A stretch of 64,000 nucleotides of DNA from the human T2T-CHM13v2.0 reference genome, Homo sapiens. The stretch is taken from assembly GCF_009914755.1 (NCBI RefSeq), contig NC_060926.1. The stretch is one strand, 5' to 3'. The notes under the pieces are model-generated. The model did no database searches and was not told where the DNA came from. It worked only from the letters and a program-made list of their open reading frames with translations. The stretch's first letter is position 1. The number at the start of each line of letters is the position of its first letter. Made by a program: the position numbers and the translations under genes. Of this stretch, positions 53,320-64,000 are shown one piece after another.

Positions 53320-53697
53320 TGGTACAACAAACCACCATGGCACATGTATACCTATGTAACAAACCTGCACGTTCTGCACATGTATCCCAGAACTTAAAGT
53401 ATAAAAAAAGGCTGGGCACAGTGGCTCACGCCTGTAATCCCACCACTTTGGGAGGCCAAAGCAGGAGGATCACGAGGTCAGGAGTTCGAGACCAGCCTGG
53501 CCAACATGGGGAAACCCTGTCTCTACTAAAGATACAAAAAATTAGTGGGGCGCAGTGGCGAGCGCCTGTAATCCCAGCTACTCAGGAGGCTGAGGCAGAA
53601 GAATCGCTTGAACCCAGGAGGCAGAGGTTACAGTGAGCTGAGATCATGCCACTGCACTCCAGCCTGGGTGACAGGGCGAGACTCCGTCTCAAAAAAC
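53320..53697 (+). mobile_element. L1PA7/8 3' tip (~90 bp) fused to an AluS
   Basis: 'caaaccaccatggcacatgtatacctatgtaacaaacctgcacgttctgcacatgtatcccagaacttaaagt' runs straight into an Alu. A caaccaac repeat flanks both at 53312 and 53697. Confidence 0.8.
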
Positions 53698-53879
53698 AAC
53701 CAACCCAAATTCTACTGTCAAGTTTTTGAACATTGAGAACAAAGATCATTAAAGCGTTCAGAAAGAAATGAACACATAAGATATAAAGATCAGCACTCAA
53801 AAATCATATCTGGGTTTTCAAAAATAAAAACAAAATGTAGAAGACAACAGAGTAATACCTTTATATGTACGCCACACAC

Positions 53880-53909
53880 TCTCTCTCTCATATATATGAG
53901 AGTGAGACA

Positions 53910-53950
<41 letters not shown>
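53880..53950. repeat. (CT)n/(AT)n/(GA)n compound microsatellite
   Basis: ctctctctca tatatatg agag... followed by about 19 GA units. Confidence 0.9.
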
Positions 53951-53952
<2 letters not shown>

Positions 53953-54289
53953 CTCTCACTGTGTTGCCTAGGCTGGTGTGCAGTGGCATGATCATGGCTC
54001 ACTGCAGCCTTAAACTCCCAGATTCAGGTGATCCTCCTGCCTGAACCTCAGTAGCTGGGACTAAAGGTATGTGCCACCATCCTTGACTAAGTTTTGTATT
54101 TTTTGTAAAGGCGGGGTTTCACCATATTGACCAGGCTGGTCTTGTACTCCAGGACTGAAGCAATCTGCCTGCCTTGGTCTCCTGAAGCTGTGGGGTGAGC
54201 CGCCACACCCGGCTAATATTTTTAAAGAGAAATGATTTCCCATCTAAAATTCTGCCTGCCATTCTATCATTTAAGAGTGAGGAGTTGTG

Positions 54290-55165
54290 TTTCAGGCATG
54301 ATGGAGTAGACATACTTTTTCCTATTCCTCCCACAAAGTATAGCTGAAAATTGTGTTATATATAAACCAAGCACAACGAGCTGCTGAAAAGTGAGGAGAA
54401 AAAGGCACATTGTCTAGGACCTCGGGACCCCAGGAATGGCACGGCAGTCAGTTCCCTGGATTTGCTTTTTTCCTTGTGTGTCCCGGACAGGGCGCTGGAG
54501 AAGCTGATAACATGGAAATGCAAAAGAGCAGAGACAAAAAAAAGTCCCAAGAAAAGCCTACTCTGTCTAGCCCAAGAACCAAGAAAAAGGGGTGGCTTGG
54601 CATGACGAAAATCCTGTAGACAATAATTGCTATACTCCAGTGAAACGTCACAGAAACAACTGCGGCCTTGGCAAAGGCTGAGAAGAGTCTAGACTTACCC
54701 GGCCAGGTTGTAATGAGAGACCTCAATCTCCTCCCCATCCCACTACTCATGTGGTATCATCAGAGGCCAACCGGGAACCTGGCCTTCACTGATCACCTGG
54801 CAGTAACAAGGCAATGCCCCCTCTTCCCTGCTGGTGTAGTTTGAGAGGAGGCCTGCTAAAGTATAACCTATATATAAATCCAGTCTTATAACTTAACACT
54901 TAAAATGTCCAGTTCCAAACAGAAAATCACTCATCAAGAAACAGGAAAAATCACAACTTGAGTAAGACAAGAGATAAATGATGAAGCAAATTACCTGACA
55001 AGGACTTTAAAGTAGATATCATAAATATGTGTTAATATGCAATTACTAATTCACTTGAAATGAATCAAAAAGATAGAAAAATCTTAGTAAAAAAAAACCC
55101 CAAAGTTATAAAAATTTTGGAACCAAATAGAAATTAAAGAAATAAAAAATGTAATAACTGAAATA
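54290..55165 (+). mobile_element. Old L1M 5' region fragment
   Basis: Starts 'ttcaggcatgatggagtagac..ttttcctattcctccc' and grades into A-rich ORF1-like sequence. The family is uncertain. Confidence 0.45.
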
Positions 55166-56215
55166 AGACGGTCTTGCTGTGTTGGTGAGGCTGGAGTGCA
55201 GTGGCTCTTCACAGGCATGATCATTGAGCACTACAGCCTCCAACTCTTGGCCTCAAATGATCCTCCCTCCTCAGCCTCCTGAGTAGCTGGGACTGTACAG
55301 GTAAGAGCCATCGCATCTGCCTTAGAATCAATGAGGCCGAAGACGGATCAGTATTATTAGCCTAATCTGAACAATATAGAGAAAACAGACTGAAGAGTGT
55401 GGATAGAATAAAGATGTTTTCTGATATGCCAAGTATCAAAAACTGACATCTTGGGCATTCTGTCCCTACTACTGAAGAGGTGCTCTTACAAATCAAGGGG
55501 GTAAATCAAGAAAAAGGAAGCATACAGGCTCCAGGTGACAAGGTGAAGGGAATTCAGAGCCTGGCGGAGAAAGGAGGCACCAGGAACAACAGCTGGGCAC
55601 CGAGTCCAGACAGGCACCGATACAGACTGCGGCAGGCAGAAGCAGGGCTTCAAGGAGGGATATGATCAAGAAAAACCAAAAATGACAGAGATCTGACAGG
55701 TTTAACTCATTGAGAGCAGTTCTGTAGGTTTGGTGGAAAGTTTGAAGATGAACTAGTGATATCTAGAAAAGCCTACACAAACATTATAAGCCTTGTAGTA
55801 CTACATAACTTAAAAAAATTACATTTACTTATATTGACAGCTATTGGATTTCCTTTTCAAATCTATTTTATATTTTCCAATATATTAATTTTCCTTAAGT
55901 TTTTTTGTTTGGAATTAGTAATGCATTCACATGTTTCAAACGATATATCAAGAAAGCTCCCTTTTTCTAACCCATCTACTATTATCTTCCACACAATACC
56001 ACTATATCTCAGCATTCTACTGACTCTAAGATGGCAACAGTTATAAAATGAACCGTTATTTTGTGCATACTTAAAAATGCAATAACTGAATTCTAGAATA
56101 TTAAGATGTCATCAGTTTTAAGATACTGATTTTAGAGATGCTATGGTTTTAAAACCTTGTTTCTCACAATCAATGAAATATAATAATTTCTTGTATGACC
56201 TTATAATACTTATGA

Positions 56216-56467
<252 letters not shown>

Positions 56468-56570
56468 TAGTCTCAAACTCCTGGGCTCAAGCGATCCACC
56501 CATCTCAGCCTCCCCTCCCCAACCCCTCTAGCAGCTGAGACTACAGGGGTGTACCACCATGCCCAGCTAA

Positions 56571-56819
<249 letters not shown>

Positions 56820-57587
56820 TGACTTGTAACCATATTTTATTTACCCAGTCCCCTATTTGTGGAGTAGAGTATAAAGACCAATACAGGTAACAACATTCAA
56901 CAGACTAAAAAACTATAAATTTAACTGGGAATATTTGGAGGCGGAAGGTGAGCGGAATGCACGCACTTCCCCAGGCTCCCCATCCTACCAAGAAATGCAA
57001 TGCCCAGCCACAGTGGACGAACCACTTGCTGTCAGAGCCAGACTTCCCAAAGTATGTTGCTTCCTTGGTTCTCTACACTAAGGAATTTGGGGAACGTGAG
57101 GGTGGCATGAAAACTATGGGGGTGGGAGGAGGTATTTCTGAGCTCTGGTGCTGACTGTTCAGGAGAGCTGCATTTCAGAGTGGAGCTGTCCAGGGAGCAG
57201 CAAGCCAGCTATCTTTCAACAGAGCCCTTCCAACTCTGGCGTGTTAGCTCTCAGCACGTTGACACCTCTGTCATCTGATATATGTGCTAGTGTATCTGAA
57301 TAATAAATTACCACACATACCTGGGAAAGAAAAATGCCTCTGTAATTTTGGTAAGTATTGCGAAGTTGCCTTTCCATAAGGGTTATAACAGTTTGCACTC
57401 TCACCAAGAATAAAAGCACCCAATTATCCACAGCTCTTCCAACAGCATATTTCAAACTCCTGGGATTTTGCCAGTATGAAAGGTAAACGTTGATGTCTCA
57501 GTGTGCTCTCAGTTGCTCATCTCTTGATATAAAGCATCATTCCACATGTTATGGACCACTGATACTTCTTGACCTGTGAACTACTTG

Positions 57588-58167
57588 TTCCTCAGGGATC
57601 TAGAACTAGAAATACCATTTGACCCAGCCATCCCATTACTGGGTATATACCCAAAGGATTATAAATCATGCTGCTATAAAGACACATGCACACGTATGTT
57701 TATAGCGGCACTATTCACAATAGCAAAGACTCAGAACCAACCTAAATGTCCAAAAACGATAGACTGGATTAAGCAAATGTGGTACATATACACCATGGAA
57801 TACTATGCAGCCATAAAAAATGATGAGTTCATGTCCTTTGTAGGGACATGGATGAAACTGGAAACCATCATTCTCAGCAAACTGTCACAAGGACAAAAAA
57901 CCAAATACCGCATGTTCTCACTCATAGGTGGGAATTGAACAATGAGAACACATGGACACAGGAAGGGGAACATCACACACCGGGGACTGTTGTGGGGTGG
58001 GGGGAGGGGGCAGGGATAGCATTAGGAGATATACCTAATGCTAAATGACAAGTTAATGGGTGCAGCATACCAACACGGCACATGTATACATATGTAACAA
58101 ACCTGCACGTTGTGCACATGTACCCTAAAACTTAAAGTATAATAATAATAAAATTAAAAAAAAAAAA
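57588..58167 (+). mobile_element. 5'-truncated young L1PA (about PA3/PA4): ORF2 C-terminus, 3'UTR and poly(A)
   Basis: ORF 57576..57938 is the L1 ORF2 end (DLELEIPFDPAIPLLGIYPKDYKSCCYKDTCTRMFIAALFTIAK...MFSLIGGN). The 3'UTR reads 'aatgctaaatgac', without the L1HS ACA diagnostic. Confidence 0.93.
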
Positions 58168-58852
58168 GATGACTGGCTTGATGTCATAGAATAAACTAGA
58201 AATAATCACATAAACCTTAAGTGTTGCTGCTTCAAAGAAACTGAATAAAAATAAATTGTATATAAATGTCTGAAAAAAAAAAGAAAAAACAAAAAGGTTG
58301 TTCATTTTTCTACTGGACTTACTTCTTTATTCTTCATTTCTGGCAGTTATTTATATACTATGAAGATTAGCCATTAGACTGTGATATGAGTTGGAAATAT
58401 ATCTTCCCAATTCATCATTTGTCTTCCACTTTGCTTATCAAGTTTTTTCTTGACAAAAGTAGTTTGTTTTTTAAATAATTTTTACTGAGTCAAATTTCTC
58501 TCTCTCTTATTAAAGACAGGGTCTCACTCTATCACCCAGACTGGAGTACAGTGGCATGATGCTGGCTCACTGTAGCCTCGACCTCCCAGACTCAAGCAAT
58601 CCTTCCACCTAAGCCTCCTGAGTAGCCAGGACCACAGGTGCGTGCCACCATGCCCGGCTCATTTTTGTATCTTTTGTAGAGATGGAGTTTGCCCATGTTG
58701 CCCAAGCCGGTCTCGAACTCCTGGGTTAGAAGCAATCTGCCCACCTTGGCCTCCCAAATTACTGGGATTACAGGTGTCAGCCACCATAACCAGCCCTGAG
58801 TCAAATTTCCCAAAACTTTCTTTTTATAGATTCTGAATTTTGAGTCATAATG

Positions 58853-59130
58853 TGTTATGGTTTGGCTCTGTGTCCCCACACAAATCTCATCTTGTAGCTC
58901 CCATGATTCCTATGTGTTACGAGAGGGACCCTGTGGGAGATGACTGAATCACGGGGGCGGGTCTTTCTTGTGCTGTTCTCGTGATAGTAACTAAGTCTCA
59001 TGAGATCTGACGGTTTTAAAAAGGGAGAGTTTCCCTGCACAAGCTCTCTCTTTGCCTGCCACCATCCACGTAAGATGTGACTTGCTCCTCCTTGCCTTCT
59101 GCCATGAATGTGGGGCCTCCCCAGCCACAT
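58853..59130 (+). mobile_element. THE1 (B/C-like) MaLR LTR, 3'-truncated
   Basis: 'tgttatggtttggctctgtgtccccacacaaatctcatcttgtagctccc...ccatccacgtaagatgtgacttgctcctccttgcc'. Confidence 0.88.
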
Positions 59131-59314
59131 AAATTTATGCATGGTTTTTTCTATCATTATTTGCATAGAACTACGTAAGTTCAATGTAAAAAACTCCTTT
59201 TTAATTTTTTTATGGGTTATCTTGATTGGGATAGTGTTAGGCAGGCAAACTAGAAATAGGAATGAAAGGAGAAAACAGAAAGCCCTTTTTACCCATTTTA
59301 AAATGTTCTCTGAG

Positions 59315-61975
<2,661 letters not shown>

Positions 61976-62214
61976 AAAGAAAAAGGACCCTCTGTGTTTT
62001 GCTTTTAAGCTGAATTCCACCTTTTCTGATAAGATTTCAATTTGTTTACCTTTGCTTGATAAATCTTTTGAAAAAATATTTGTGTAATTTGAGTCCTCAG
62101 ATGACATTATCTTTTTTCACTGGTATTTTAAAACTGGTTACCATGGGATTACAATCAACATTCTAAATTCATATCAATCTAGTTTGCATTGATACCAACT
62201 TAACTTCAATAACA

Positions 62215-63270
62215 TACAAAATGTGAAACGATGGAAAAAGATATTTCATGAAAACAGTAAGTAAAAGAAAGCTACGGGCCTATATCAATATCAGAGAAAA
62301 TGGATGTTAAATCCAAAACAAGACAAAGGACATACTATATTAATAAAAGATTCATCAAGAAGATCAAAGAACTTGGAGAAATGAGCAGTTACTAATTAAA
62401 GGGCATAGAGTTTCAGTTAAGCAAAATGAAGAAGTTCTAGAGCTCTGTTGTGTGACACCGTGCCTACAATGAACAACAATGTACATTTTAACTTCTCCCT
62501 ACCAGGGCAGATCTCATGTTAAGTGTTCATACCACAATAAAGAGAAAAAGAAACAGCAATTATAAACCTTCGCACATCAAAGAATAGTGCCCCATGTGAC
62601 AGAATAAAGGAGATACTGACAGAATTAAAGGGAGAGACAGAGAGGATGACAAGAATAGCTGGAGATTTCTTTTCTTTTTTTGAGACGGAGTCTCGCTCTG
62701 TTGCCCAGGCTGGAGTGCAGTGGCGCAGTCTCAGCTCATGGCAAACTCTGCCTCCGGTTTTCAAGTAATTCTCTGCCTTAGCCTCCCGAGTAGCTGGGAT
62801 TACAAGCATCCACCACCATGCGCAGCTAATTTTTGTATTTTTAGTAGAGACGGGTTTCACCATCTTGGCCAAGCTGGTCTTGAACTCCTGACCTTGTGAT
62901 CCACCTGCCTTGGCCTCCCAAAGCACTGGGATTACAGGCGTGAGCCACTGTGCCCGGCCATAGCTGGAGATTTCAATAACCCCACTTTCAATAATGGATG
63001 AAACATCCAGACAGAATCTTGGCAAGGACACAGAGGACTGGAACACTAAACAAACTAGACCTAACAGATATATAGAATACTCCACCCAACAACAGTGATT
63101 GTACATTCTTCTCGAGGGCACATGGGACATTCTCCAGGATAGACCATATGTTAGGTCAAAATTCAAACTTCAAAAAATTCATAAAGTCTGAATCCAAACT
63201 AAAGATCTTTTCCAAGTACAATGGAAAGGACCTAAAAAATCAATGAGGGAAAATGGAAAAATTCACAATG
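62215..63270 (+). mobile_element. Old L1M ORF2 endonuclease-region fragments
   Basis: 'gatggaaaaagatatttcatg' and 'gacctaacagatatatagaatactccacccaacaacag..gacattctccaggatagaccatatgttaggtc'. Confidence 0.7.
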
Positions 63271-63352
63271 ACAGGTGAGACTTCTTCCCTGAGTCAGGTA
63301 ACGGTTTTGAACATATGCAGAACACTTCCTTAAACTTTTGGCGTCTTCATAA

Positions 63353-64000
<648 letters not shown>

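Noticed and set aside
57576-57938. 120-aa open ORF with a strong protein match
   Set aside because: It is the C-terminal tail of L1 ORF2 in a 5'-truncated copy with no promoter or RT domain.

Overview
This is primate (most likely human) genomic DNA and very Alu-rich: about 90 Alu copies or fragments by eye, roughly 40% of the window. The only intact protein-coding gene is the 3' part of SAP130 (Sin3A-associated protein 130) on the minus strand. It has six GT-AG exons (50264-50622, 45440-45688, 45149-45274, 40721-40824, 37688-37801, 37270-37428) that splice in frame, then a ~0.8 kb 3'UTR with poly(A) signals. The upstream exons lie beyond the right edge. Positions 1 to ~36400 are intergenic and are mostly nested transposon fossils: Tigger1, Tigger3, MER21, MLT1, MSTA, an ERV1 relic and a long old L1M. 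A decayed processed pseudogene of the metalloprotease AMZ2 (~26004-27859) is inserted in that L1. The most notable observations are this AMZ2 retrocopy, which has lost its zinc-binding segment, a probable L1PA 3' transduction (58168-58295), three in-frame acceptors at one SAP130 exon, a weak last-intron donor that could give an NMD-escaping truncation, and a GC-box/CCAAT/TATA-like cluster just past the SAP130 poly(A) site. I found no evidence of a novel multi-gene system. Repeat subfamily names come from recalled consensus sequences and need RepeatMasker/Dfam confirmation.
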